A stretch of DNA of 64,000 nt, taken from positions 64,001 to 128,000 of the forward strand of contig JBDLRP010000036.1 of assembly GCA_039799905.1 (NCBI GenBank), in the 5' to 3' direction. Below the pieces are notes generated by a model. The model was not told where the DNA came from, did no database searches, and saw nothing but the letters and a program-made list of their open reading frames with translations. The position numbers and the translations under genes were made by a program. Of this stretch, positions 40,476-49,922 are shown in pieces. The stretch comes from Pseudomonadota bacterium. Its GTDB lineage: Bacteria; Bdellovibrionota_B; Oligoflexia; Silvanigrellales; Silvanigrellaceae. Each line of letters starts with the position of its first letter. Position 1 is the first letter of the stretch.

Positions 40476-42439
40476 TTCGCCTTGAGCATGTGAGCAAATC
40501 ATTCGGCGCGCGCGTCATTTTGCGTGATGCCTCGTATCATTTTCCAGCTGGCGGCAGGGTTGCACTTGTCGGTGCAAACGGTGCCGGAAAAACCACATTA
40601 CTCAACATGATTTGTGGTCTGGAAGAGTGCGATTCGGGTGACATCGTCAGGCCGCGCGATTGCAAAATCGGATATTTGCCGCAAGAACCAAACCCAAATC
40701 CGCGTCCGACACTGCTTCAGGAATGTGTGGAAGGTCATTCGCGAATCCGCGACCTCTGGCACAAACTCGAACATGCTCAGGCCGCACTCATCGAACATGG
40801 CAGTGAATCGGCATTGGAAGTATTTGAAAAGGCCCAGCGGCAGTTTCAGGATGCAGGTGGCCTTTTGGTTGAAAGCCGCGCACGCGGCATTCTATGCGGT
40901 CTTGGTTTTTCACCGCAGCAATTTGACGTCGATCCGCGTACACTTTCAGGCGGCTGGCGGATGCGCCTCGAGCTGGCCAAAGTCTTTCTCAATGAACCTG
41001 ATTTTCTTGTTCTCGACGAGCCGACCAACCATCTCGACCTTCCGAGCCTTGTTTGGGTTGAAGGCTTCTTGCGCAATTTCTCCGGATGTCTTTTATTCGT
41101 TTCACACGATCGTGGTCTGCTCAATCGACTTGCCACTGTGACGGCGCATATTTCGCGCGGTCATTTTCGTGTTTACAAAGGTAATTTTGATTCTTTTCTT
41201 GATCAAAAGGACATGTACGAACAGCAGGACGTCGCACGCGCCGAGGCTATTTCGCGGCGCAAAGCGGAACTGACGCGATTCATCGAAAGATTCGGTGCCA
41301 AGGCAACGAAGGCGAGGCAGGCGCAGGCACGAGTCAAAATGCTCTCTCGGCTTCAGGATTTGGAAGACGAAATTGACCTTCCGGAGAAAGAAAACGAAGT
41401 TGCCTTCAATTTCAGGGAACCACCCGCGTGCGGCAAAGAGATTCTGCGCATTTCGCAACTGACAATCGGTTACTCTGCGCAAAAACCGCTCGCCCGCGAC
41501 TTGAGGCTCAATGTGTTGCGCGGGCAAAAGATTTGCGTGATTGGGGCCAACGGAATCGGTAAATCAACGCTGCTTGAAACCCTCGCCGGCAAGGTCAATC
41601 CGCTCGCAGGTGCATTCGAATACGGCTATCAGGTGATCCCGTCATACTTTGCTCAGGATCAGCTGAATGTGCTTGAGCGCGAAAAAAGCGTTTTGGAAAA
41701 CGTCCAGAGAAAGACGTCATTGAGCGAAAAGGAAGCCCGTTCACTGCTCGGGAGTTTTTTGTTCCGAGCTGAGGATGTATTCAAGCAGGTTTCGGTACTC
41801 TCGGGTGGCGAAAAGAATCGTGTCGGGCTTTCGATACTTCTTTCTCAGGAAGCTAATTTTTTGATTTTGGACGAGCCGACGAACCATCTCGACATGTCGA
41901 GTAGCGAAATTCTATCCGAGGCGCTTCAAGACTACGATGGCACCATCCTGTGTGTCAGCCACGATCGTGATTTCATCAATTCGTTCGCCACGCATATTTT
42001 TGTCATGCTTCCGGGCGGTCAAAATGCCCTCTTTGAAGGTAACCTCGAGGATTATCCGCGTCTGGCTCTTGCCTCCGGATTTCCCAACATTCTCGACTTC
42101 ACACCGACGATGGCCACCGGTGCGGGCAGCGAAGATGGCGCTTCGTCTGGCGACAAACAGCAGCGTCAGCGGCAGCGTACCGATGCACAGGCGGAAAAAC
42201 GCGAGAAGCAGAAGTTAACGCGAAAAATTTCCGAACTCGAGCTAAAGCTGCAGACCTGTCAGCAACAGATTGATAGGTTGGAAAAGGGTCTCGTGGAGGT
42301 CGGCAGCGATTACAAGCGGGCACAGGAAATTGCGCAGGAGCTCAGTAAGTCGCGCGAAGAGCTGTCCGATTGCGAGACGCAGTGGCTTGAAGCGAGTGAG
42401 TTGTTGCAAAACTTGGAAGGTGGGTCGGTTGCGCCATGA
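40472..42439 (+). CDS. ABC-F family ATPase (ribosome-associated) with a C-terminal coiled coil
   Basis: Two ABC cassettes (GANGAGKT / LSGGW / DEPTNHLD; GANGIGKS / LSGGEK / DEPTNHLD) and no TM segments. Confidence 0.95.
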   Translation: MIRLEHVSKSFGARVILRDASYHFPAGGRVALVGANGAGKTTLLNMICGLEECDSGDIVRPRDCKIGYLPQEPNPNPRPTLLQECVEGHSRIRDLWHKLEHAQAALIEHGSESALEVFEKAQRQFQDAGGLLVESRARGILCGLGFSPQQFDVDPRTLSGGWRMRLELAKVFLNEPDFLVLDEPTNHLDLPSLVWVEGFLRNFSGCLLFVSHDRGLLNRLATVTAHISRGHFRVYKGNFDSFLDQKDMYEQQDVARAEAISRRKAELTRFIERFGAKATKARQAQARVKMLSRLQDLEDEIDLPEKENEVAFNFREPPACGKEILRISQLTIGYSAQKPLARDLRLNVLRGQKICVIGANGIGKSTLLETLAGKVNPLAGAFEYGYQVIPSYFAQDQLNVLEREKSVLENVQRKTSLSEKEARSLLGSFLFRAEDVFKQVSVLSGGEKNRVGLSILLSQEANFLILDEPTNHLDMSSSEILSEALQDYDGTILCVSHDRDFINSFATHIFVMLPGGQNALFEGNLEDYPRLALASGFPNILDFTPTMATGAGSEDGASSGDKQQRQRQRTDAQAEKREKQKLTRKISELELKLQTCQQQIDRLEKGLVEVGSDYKRAQEIAQELSKSREELSDCETQWLEASELLQNLEGGSVAP

Positions 42440-43122
42440 ATCAGATTGAATTCAGGCAAACAAAGGTTTTGTTCGTTTCTGCTTGGTGGCCTGAACAGGA
42501 GGCGTTGGCAGAGCAACTCGCTCAGGGGCATCAGCTGAAAAGTCATTCGGATTCGCTCAAAAGTGCGGGCCCATTTGCGTTTTTCACAACAGGTGTCGGA
42601 ACTCCGCGCGCTGCCGCAGCGCTCAGCGGTCTTTTGGCTTCTGCATCTGCTTCGTCTACTCTTCCCCGTTTGGTGTGTTTTGTGGCCACTGCGGGTGCCT
42701 ATGATCCACAGACGCCACTCAACAGCGCTCACCTGGTGGACTCGGCCCTATGGAGTGACGGTGACCTTCTGAGTGGTAGGGCATACTTGCCGAAGGTTGA
42801 AGGTGCCGAGTCAATACATTCGGATTTCGCTCAGACACTTCAAAACTGTGATGCAAAAAAGAAGGCAATCTCGACTCCAGCGATTACGTTGCACGATGAA
42901 CTCTGCACTGCACTGTCCAAATATGCGGAACTGGAAAATTTGGAAGTCTATGGTGTTGCGCTTGCTTGCGCTCTTCACACTGTGCCGTGGATAGCTTCGT
43001 TGGGAGTGAGCAATAGTGTGGGTGCGCAGGCTCATGCTGAATGGAAGATAAATCACCGCATTGCCTCGCGAGCCGCTCAGCAGTTGATTATGAGGACACT
43101 TGGCGAGGATTGGCTTTCATGA
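42436..43122 (+). CDS. Purine/futalosine nucleosidase-like protein (PNP_UDP_1 family)
   Basis: TGVG, TAGAY, ENLEVYGVALAC, GVSNSVG. Confidence 0.75.
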   Translation: MNQIEFRQTKVLFVSAWWPEQEALAEQLAQGHQLKSHSDSLKSAGPFAFFTTGVGTPRAAAALSGLLASASASSTLPRLVCFVATAGAYDPQTPLNSAHLVDSALWSDGDLLSGRAYLPKVEGAESIHSDFAQTLQNCDAKKKAISTPAITLHDELCTALSKYAELENLEVYGVALACALHTVPWIASLGVSNSVGAQAHAEWKINHRIASRAAQQLIMRTLGEDWLS

Positions 43123-43880
43123 AACTGCGTCTTGTAATTGTCAGCCCAATGCACGCAACGAACATCGGTTCCATTGCCCGTTTGGCGGGAAACTTTGCTG
43201 TTCAAGATGTAACAATCGTTGCGCCGCGCTGTGATGTGCACTCATCGGAAGCGCGTGCGCTCGCCACGGTGCATGCCGTCGGACTTCTCGAAGGATTCAA
43301 AGTCGTTCCGAATCTGCGCGACGCATTACAGGGTTCGGGATACGCTGTTGGCTTTTCGCGTCGTACGGGAGATATGCGCAGACCCGATCTGGGTTGGAGT
43401 GATTTGCCTTTGCTCACCTCTCGACACGAGGGTGTTGATTTGGTTTTCGGGCCGGAAGATACGGGGCTCTCGCAAGACGATTTGACCCTTTGCTCTGCAA
43501 TTTGCACGCTGCCGACACACCCTGCGGTGCCGTCACTGAATCTTAGTCAGGCCGTTGCCGTTGTATTGGCAGGCTGCCTGTGGAACGGACTCAGCGACGA
43601 CCAACAGAAGCCCAAAGTGCAGACACGTTTTGAGGCTGAACGTCCAATCTCTGCCGAGGGAATGCTTCACTTGGTTGAGCACTGGAGGCAGACGATGGTC
43701 GACGTCGGGCTGACCCGCGAAGGCAACCCCGATCGATTGTTGCATTACTTTCATCGGCTACTGAATCGTGCGGCACCAACCGAGCGGGAAGGGAATATGC
43801 TGCGTGGCTATTTCAGTCAGGTGCAAATGGCGCTTGGAATCCGTAAGACACGTAAGGATTCTGAAAATGCAGGCACATGA
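43119..43880 (+). CDS. trmJ: SPOUT RNA methyltransferase, TrmJ/LasT family
   Basis: NIGSIAR, LVFGPEDTGLS, SLNLSQAV. Confidence 0.85.
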   Translation: MKLRLVIVSPMHATNIGSIARLAGNFAVQDVTIVAPRCDVHSSEARALATVHAVGLLEGFKVVPNLRDALQGSGYAVGFSRRTGDMRRPDLGWSDLPLLTSRHEGVDLVFGPEDTGLSQDDLTLCSAICTLPTHPAVPSLNLSQAVAVVLAGCLWNGLSDDQQKPKVQTRFEAERPISAEGMLHLVEHWRQTMVDVGLTREGNPDRLLHYFHRLLNRAAPTEREGNMLRGYFSQVQMALGIRKTRKDSENAGT

Positions 43881-45732
43881 ATTTGCCGCCCTGCGCCGCG
43901 CGCTCAGCTCGCTACTGAGCCCATTGATTTTGATATTGTTGGCCGGTTTGTGGATGCTGTTCTCGTTCCGTTCTTTTGCAATTGAGCCCTTTGATGTGCA
44001 GGAAGCTCTGTTGAGACGTCTCGGAGAGGAGATCAAAGCTGCAGGCTACTGGTTGCCAGTGCCCAATTTCAACGGTGAAAGTTATCCATTCAGTTTGCCA
44101 ACCTTTGCTTCAATGTTGGCTGCAGTCAGTTATGTATTGGATGGCGGAGAACAACAGATTTCAGCGTTTTCCGCGCGCTTTTTCAGTTTGTTTTTTGCTC
44201 TGGCCAGTGCGGTACTTGTTCACCGGACCTGGGCGCGAGTGATTCGCAAGCCGACTGTCGCCGACGATTCCCAACGAAAAGAAAAACGCAAGGGTATTCC
44301 ACCGCTGCTGTTTTTGCTGATGGGTTTTATGCCTGTTCTGACCAGCGTTGCGATCATGCCCGAAGTGGTGTTCGGATTTTTCTTAACGCTCTTTTTTTGC
44401 AGTCAGGCTTTGCACATTTTTTCTGGTGGCACGCTGACGTTAATCGGCAAAATGAAAATTCTTGTCAGTTCACTGACTGGGCTTGTGGGAGCTGTCTTAC
44501 TCAAGGGGGCGGAGGCGATTGCGCTACCGTTCGTGGTTCTGCTCGTTTTTTCGCTTGTTGAAGCAAGTAAACTCACCACCGGTTCAGGAATTCAGTTGGC
44601 ATTTGCGACAGTGCGCTTTGCGGTCCAAAGGTATGGAGTTCTGTTGGCTGCTTTTATTGCAAGCTGCGGGACACTTGGTGCTTGGTTTTGGAGTGATGCA
44701 TTTTATTTACTGGCCACGTCTTTTTCTGAGCTTCCGCCGGAAGGAATTTCTGCAGAGACTGCCGCTGGTTTTTATTTTAAAGTTGTCGCGGTCGTTTGTG
44801 CTTGCGCCGGGATTCTCGTTCCGTGGGTCGGTGTGGCGTATTCTGTTTCTCAAAGACAGCCCGCCGCCGTCAATGCAAGTAGCGATTCCAGCGAACTTAC
44901 TACGACGCGACGATGGTTGTTGATCTCTTGCATCGTCACCATGCTTTTTGCGTTTTTATTTTCTCGTCTTCCGACGTTTTGTGCTCTGTGGCCTGCATTG
45001 GCCTTGTTGGCCGCTCTGGGCGGACAACTCCAGAGTGCACACGTTTACCCGCGCATCGCCGCGGTCTCTCGCACTCTTTTCGCAATTCTTCCATTTGTCT
45101 TACCGGTCATCCTGCTCTCACTCGCTGTGCTGAGTTTGTTATGGCAACCGGTATTTTCTGGCGTATTTCTGCTGAGTGAGCGCATAAATGCGATTACTGC
45201 TGCCTTTCTGGATGAAAAATATCTGCTCGCTCTGGGCTTGTTTCTTGCCGCTGTGATTCTGTTCGCCGCAGCTCTGGTATTTAAGAGTTGGGTCGCACAG
45301 ACGTACCGGCGCGGATATTCCGACGGCCTTTATTCGCTCGGAATAGCAAGAAGCCTTGCTCTTTTGCAGCTTTTGGCATGCACGGTTTTGATGGTTGTTG
45401 TGGTTCCAATCGCCGAGGAAGCATTGACCATGCCGCTGCAACAGTCGACCGCCAAGGCGCGGATGTTCCTTGGGGTCAACCAAAAACTTGCAACGGCTGG
45501 TATTTTCAGTCCGACGGTTGTCAGCAGCAACAACGAAGTTGTTCTGATGGGAAGCGCCAAGGGCGACGAGACTTTTACCAATCCTGAGGTGAACGTTGTT
45601 CTGACAACGGTTTGGAACCTTGCCGCCTGTGAAAAATATGGTTTTGACGTCGCGCAGGCGATTGCTTATCTGCGCATTTGTCTCCGCTCCTATCAGCGCA
45701 CCCTTGAAGGGTCGCAACCGCTGACAAAATGA
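43867..45732 (+). CDS. Polytopic membrane protein, divergent ArnT/PMT (GT-C) glycosyltransferase-like
   Basis: YWLPVPNFNGE, FSARFFS, LLKG, WPALALL and many TM helices. Confidence 0.6.
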   Translation: MQAHEFAALRRALSSLLSPLILILLAGLWMLFSFRSFAIEPFDVQEALLRRLGEEIKAAGYWLPVPNFNGESYPFSLPTFASMLAAVSYVLDGGEQQISAFSARFFSLFFALASAVLVHRTWARVIRKPTVADDSQRKEKRKGIPPLLFLLMGFMPVLTSVAIMPEVVFGFFLTLFFCSQALHIFSGGTLTLIGKMKILVSSLTGLVGAVLLKGAEAIALPFVVLLVFSLVEASKLTTGSGIQLAFATVRFAVQRYGVLLAAFIASCGTLGAWFWSDAFYLLATSFSELPPEGISAETAAGFYFKVVAVVCACAGILVPWVGVAYSVSQRQPAAVNASSDSSELTTTRRWLLISCIVTMLFAFLFSRLPTFCALWPALALLAALGGQLQSAHVYPRIAAVSRTLFAILPFVLPVILLSLAVLSLLWQPVFSGVFLLSERINAITAAFLDEKYLLALGLFLAAVILFAAALVFKSWVAQTYRRGYSDGLYSLGIARSLALLQLLACTVLMVVVVPIAEEALTMPLQQSTAKARMFLGVNQKLATAGIFSPTVVSSNNEVVLMGSAKGDETFTNPEVNVVLTTVWNLAACEKYGFDVAQAIAYLRICLRSYQRTLEGSQPLTK

Positions 45733-45846
45733 ACGAGTCGCATCGCGAGTGTTGACCCGCTTCCGTCAAAACAGGCACGAAATTGCGGGTTGTGCAGGGT
45801 TACCTTTGTCGCCCAGGTATTCTGATCAGAAAAGTCGCGCTGCTTC

Positions 45847-47301
45847 TCAATCTTTCACATGGACCACAATTTCCGGAACACTATCGTAAGTAACACCATT
45901 GAAGACAAACTCATTCTCGCCAGAAAGATCTCTCTTGTAATACAGCGGCCCCTGGGCTGTTGCACATTCTCCGGAAGGAGAGTTTAGTTTTACCTCCCAA
46001 ATATAAACAGAGTCTGCAGTCGATATGTTCTTAGAAAAATCATATTCATAAATATTGTTTTTTCGTGACGTTCCTTTTCGCACTGTGCAGGCTTTCGTTT
46101 TTGCCTCTGGATCTGAAAAGAAGATCAAATCTTTTTGAGCAATTTCATAATTGGCTTCGGTTGGTCTTTTAAATTTTGCATAGGTACAATTGTAAGCTAT
46201 CTTTTGGGCCGGAACTTTATCAATCAGAATGTAGTTCACAGCTGAGTCAGTAAATTTGTAGAGTGAGAAATACTCAGCGAGAATATCAGGTCTTCCGGCG
46301 TATTTTTCTCCAGTTTTTAATGTTACACGCACCTTGTTAAAGAACATATGGTTGTGATCTTCTTTGAGCGTAGCTACACAGATGTATTTTTCGTCTGGCA
46401 CCCCCGTCTGCACATATTCAGCGAGAGCTGCTTCAATTAATTTAGGATCCGTGGGAACTTTCGTAGCTGTCGGTGTCGGAGTTGCCGTCTGTGTTGGCGA
46501 AATTGAGAAGCTAAAATCCCGTAATATGCTCTTACTGGTCCCATCGCTTGCCCAGAGAAATCCGCTTATACTTCCGGTAAATGCCGTGTTTAGCTCCATC
46601 GTCAATTTGCATTTGGGCCATGTTCCTGAAATGCTTGTTGACTTGAGGCCCGCATCTCCGAAAGTTATTTCAGAGAAGATACTTTCCGCGTCACATTTTT
46701 GGGGAGTGCCATCAGGGTCGGAGACTGTGATGAAAAGCTCTGACGACGTCGTGCCACTCGTCAATTTCTTCAAATAATTTACATAAATATTCGGTGCCTG
46801 ATTCTCATGTTCAACAGTCACCGAAAACGAACTCTTGGCTTGTGCGTTACCGTTACTAACTATGAACGAGAGTTGAGCAAGACCCGATTCACCTGGGTTA
46901 CCGATGATAAACGCCCTACAGTTGGGATATTTTCCTGAGAACTCAATTCTTCTCGATGACAAAACCTTCTCATTCGAAGATTCGGCTTTAATAGCAGATC
47001 TGCAGTCAAGTTCACCTGTTGCACTGGTAACGGTGAAGTCAACGTACTTCACTCCGGTTGAATTGTTTTTCATTTCGAGAGGCGGTATTTCGGAAATCTT
47101 AAGTTCACTGTTTAAGTTAGCGACCACATTATCAGACACCGGCTCGGATGGTTCCTTGTCTTCGCTAATTACTTCTGTTGTTTCTTGGGTTTTAGATGAA
47201 TTTTCAATTGAAAGAATATCTTTCGGTTTGCTGCATGAAATCGTTGTAATCATCGCGATTACAGAGCAAAAAATAAAACAACTTGTGTTGCGTTCTTTCA
47301 T
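45847..47301 (-). CDS. Lipoprotein with two Ig/cadherin-like repeats, a PT-rich linker and an unknown C-terminal domain
   Basis: Lipobox-like TISC; repeats FTV...C...SGKYPNC and ITVSDPD...C...SGTWPKC; PTQTATPTPTAT linker; visibly AT-richer than neighbours. Confidence 0.7.
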   Translation of the reverse strand: MKERNTSCFIFCSVIAMITTISCSKPKDILSIENSSKTQETTEVISEDKEPSEPVSDNVVANLNSELKISEIPPLEMKNNSTGVKYVDFTVTSATGELDCRSAIKAESSNEKVLSSRRIEFSGKYPNCRAFIIGNPGESGLAQLSFIVSNGNAQAKSSFSVTVEHENQAPNIYVNYLKKLTSGTTSSELFITVSDPDGTPQKCDAESIFSEITFGDAGLKSTSISGTWPKCKLTMELNTAFTGSISGFLWASDGTSKSILRDFSFSISPTQTATPTPTATKVPTDPKLIEAALAEYVQTGVPDEKYICVATLKEDHNHMFFNKVRVTLKTGEKYAGRPDILAEYFSLYKFTDSAVNYILIDKVPAQKIAYNCTYAKFKRPTEANYEIAQKDLIFFSDPEAKTKACTVRKGTSRKNNIYEYDFSKNISTADSVYIWEVKLNSPSGECATAQGPLYYKRDLSGENEFVFNGVTYDSVPEIVVHVKD

Positions 47302-47335
47302 ATACTTTCCCCGCCCCCACCGCAATGTTGGCGTC

Positions 47336-47363
47336 GTATCGGAGAATCTCTGGCCCTTTTTTA
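47336..47363 (-). promoter_or_regulatory. Candidate sigma-28 promoter for the Ig-like lipoprotein
   Basis: Minus strand TAAA-N16-TCCGATAC, 35 nt upstream of ATG 47301. Confidence 0.45.
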
Positions 47364-47605
47364 AACCTTTTTCTCGAAATCTCTCATAAAACTGAAATTA
47401 TTAAAATTTATTGCTCTTTTCGTTGTTAATTTTCATTTAATTCCTCCACTAGATTTGCAGTTGGAGGAGTACTCGCGTCTATTGAAATTAAATCAGTCAA
47501 TCGAGCGTCTGGGCCGCTCAGTTTGGTCTATGGCGCGTTAGCGCTGATTTCTCCGTTGCAACAGTGCGAACGCAAAGATATTAATTGAGTCCTTTTTGAA
47601 AAAAA

Positions 47606-47632
47606 TCCAGTTTTCGTATCAGCAACCGATAG
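47606..47632 (+). promoter_or_regulatory. Candidate sigma-28 promoter for the ART lipoprotein
   Basis: TCCAGTTT-N11-ACCGATAG versus consensus TAAAGTTT-N11-GCCGATAA; 28 nt upstream of ATG 47661. Confidence 0.5.
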
Positions 47633-47660
47633 CTCGAGAAATGCAAGTGACGAGGTGTTC

Positions 47661-48869
47661 ATGAATGCCATTCGACGATTGCGCCTCTCGTTCTTCGCCG
47701 CCCTGATGCTTTTCGAAATTCTAGTTTTGCAGGCGTGCAAGCCCAAGAGCGAGTCGGTAACGCAGGCGGTTCCCGCGTGCACAGTTTGGCCAAGTCACTT
47801 CATGGTCACAAAAGTCAACACACCTGTTTTTGAGAGCATCGACAATCTCGAAGAGAACAAAAATGCAAAGTATGTTGGCAAGGGAATTCCGGTCATTCGT
47901 GAGCTGACCATTTTGAACCAGGACAAAGACGCACGGCTCATGAAAATTATTGTACGTGGAGGGTCGCTTGCAGGAAGCCAGCGCTGGTGGACACTTGCAA
48001 GTAACCTTGATTACCGGACGAAGGCCAAGTGCCCGGAAAACACGCCGCGAAAGTGTTCCGAACACGCGGTACACTTCTGTGATGGAAGTGGCTGCCGCTG
48101 CATTGATGCCGGACCTGCGCCTGATTCTGAGGTCGGAAATTTAATCATAGAAACGATTGCGACGGGTGGTTTGGGCCCCGTTGCTTTTGGTGCGCGGGCA
48201 CTCATTAACAACATGCGTGCGGTCAAAGTCGTTCCGGCCGCTATCACCGCAGCACCCATCGTCATTCGTCAACAACCCCTCAATCTTGTGGCGCACCGCG
48301 CCAGTGAAGCGACGCTCCAGGCGGCAGAAACATTTTTGGCAAGTAGCGCACGCACCAAACACAGCATTGATTTTGTTAGGGCACGCTTAGGAAAGTTAAA
48401 GGTTCTTGAAAAAATAGACTTCGCTGAAGCAAGTGCAATCAACTTTTATACGCGCATGGGACACTATGACATAAATGCTGCACTGCGAACCGGCGACGAC
48501 GTGGCTCTGCAGAAGTTCAAACCCTTGATTGAGGCTGCTTGTTCCGGCTTGAGCAAAATGGTCGATCAGGCCTTCGTTGGCACGGTGTACCGTGGGACGA
48601 ATCTGACCAAAGAGGTATCGGCACTCTACCAAGCCGGTGCACGTGTCACGGAATTTGGTTTCACAAGCACCACCAGAAAATTTGGCGAAAAATTTAGCGG
48701 AAACACCATGTTTGTGATCAAATCCAAAACGGGCCGCATGATCGATCAATTGTCAACGTTTGAGAATGAGGCGGAAGTGCTTTTCGCTCCTGGAACAGTC
48801 TTCAGGGTCATTTCCCGTGTTGTCGAGGACAATGTGACCAAGATTTTAATGGAGCAGATTACACCATGA
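47661..48869 (+). CDS. Lipoprotein with a C-terminal R-S-E (C3/VIP2/Tre1-type) NAD:arginine ADP-ribosyltransferase domain
   Basis: Lipobox LQAC; EASAINFYT..G..DINAALR, VYRG, FTSTT, ENEAEVLFAPGTVFRV. Confidence 0.85.
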   Translation: MNAIRRLRLSFFAALMLFEILVLQACKPKSESVTQAVPACTVWPSHFMVTKVNTPVFESIDNLEENKNAKYVGKGIPVIRELTILNQDKDARLMKIIVRGGSLAGSQRWWTLASNLDYRTKAKCPENTPRKCSEHAVHFCDGSGCRCIDAGPAPDSEVGNLIIETIATGGLGPVAFGARALINNMRAVKVVPAAITAAPIVIRQQPLNLVAHRASEATLQAAETFLASSARTKHSIDFVRARLGKLKVLEKIDFAEASAINFYTRMGHYDINAALRTGDDVALQKFKPLIEAACSGLSKMVDQAFVGTVYRGTNLTKEVSALYQAGARVTEFGFTSTTRKFGEKFSGNTMFVIKSKTGRMIDQLSTFENEAEVLFAPGTVFRVISRVVEDNVTKILMEQITP

Positions 48870-48949
48870 ATTGTCTTTTATGTGGAGTTTCTTCTCGAGA
48901 ATTGCAGCTGCGTTTGTCCTGCAAAGGCGCACGGAGTGCGACTATTGGA

Positions 48950-49675
48950 TTAGCGTTTTTGTGAGTGAAAAATATCCTCGCCCGAAAGCGAAGTGATTTT
49001 TTTCAGCGCAGTGAAAACGTAGAAAAAGATGAGTAGGGTAAAGGCCAGTACCGGTAAAGCAATCACTGGAAAACTCAACGCGGTCATTTTCCCGAGCTCA
49101 ACATTGAATTCAGGTGTCCCAGCGGGACTTTTCAAAATAATCCGTGCAAGGGCAAAATTGAGGGTTGCGCTCATGAAGAACGAGGCCGCCAAGAGGAGTG
49201 TTGCCCGCTGCACTAAACTCTCAAATTCTTTGTGTCTGCCATTTTGATTCAGTTGTTCTTTGATTTTTGGCATATTGATGACAGCTTCATTGAAAAGCAG
49301 TGTCTGAACGAGCGGCATTTTTGTTTTAATTGAAACAAGTACGACAATACCCAGAGCAAGCGGAATGGCTGCTTCCTTGACGGCAAACCAAAACCCATCT
49401 GCTGACAGAAATCCCAATCCTCCGGTGAGGGCGACATTGAGCAGACCAAAGCCAGAAAAGAAATTGAATTTTCGACTGCGGATAAATTCCCAAATGCCAA
49501 GGCCCAAGGGAAATGCCAGTGCTAGCCAGAATGCCATTACCGGACCAAGTTTCGACGGATCGCTTAGCTTTGTGAGGATGACCGAGGGAAGAATGACATT
49601 GAGAGCTAGGTTGAAGAGCATCGATGAGTTTTGTTTCGAGGGGGAAGTTGCCGTTAGATCGCCTTGCTGAGTCAT
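48950..49675 (-). CDS. Inner-membrane protein, VC0807/IspZ(YciB)-like family
   Basis: NVILPSVIL, LAFPL, LTGGLG, WFAVKEAAIP, FNVELGKMTALSFPVI. Start set at ATG 49675. Confidence 0.7.
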   Translation of the reverse strand: MTQQGDLTATSPSKQNSSMLFNLALNVILPSVILTKLSDPSKLGPVMAFWLALAFPLGLGIWEFIRSRKFNFFSGFGLLNVALTGGLGFLSADGFWFAVKEAAIPLALGIVVLVSIKTKMPLVQTLLFNEAVINMPKIKEQLNQNGRHKEFESLVQRATLLLAASFFMSATLNFALARIILKSPAGTPEFNVELGKMTALSFPVIALPVLAFTLLIFFYVFTALKKITSLSGEDIFHSQKR

Positions 49676-49922
49676 CACAGAATTTCCTTCGTTGTTCTCA
49701 ATTCGGAGCGGCGAAAGAAAGCGAGACTTCTTTACAGTGCACATTCTCCACTCCGGCGTAGTCTCCACTGCTAATACAGGTCCATTGTTAATTCTACTCC
49801 GATGGGGTGTTGAATATGATTTTGACACCCTCTTCGTAGTTGGTAGAGCTGCCAGGCACGGGTACGATACTGCTGATATTTGTGAATTTGTTTCGCTGCC
49901 GGCGGGCGAGAGGGCGAAAATA

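Noticed and set aside
45772..45788. AGGCACGAAATTGCG resembling a sigma-54 promoter
   Set aside because: GG-to-GC spacing is 9 rather than 10, and it points into the 3' end of a convergent gene.
47540..47600. ACGCAAAG reminiscent of a c-di-GMP-I riboswitch upstream of the ART gene
   Set aside because: No GGCAAAC/GAAA-tetraloop stem precedes it and no second stem follows.
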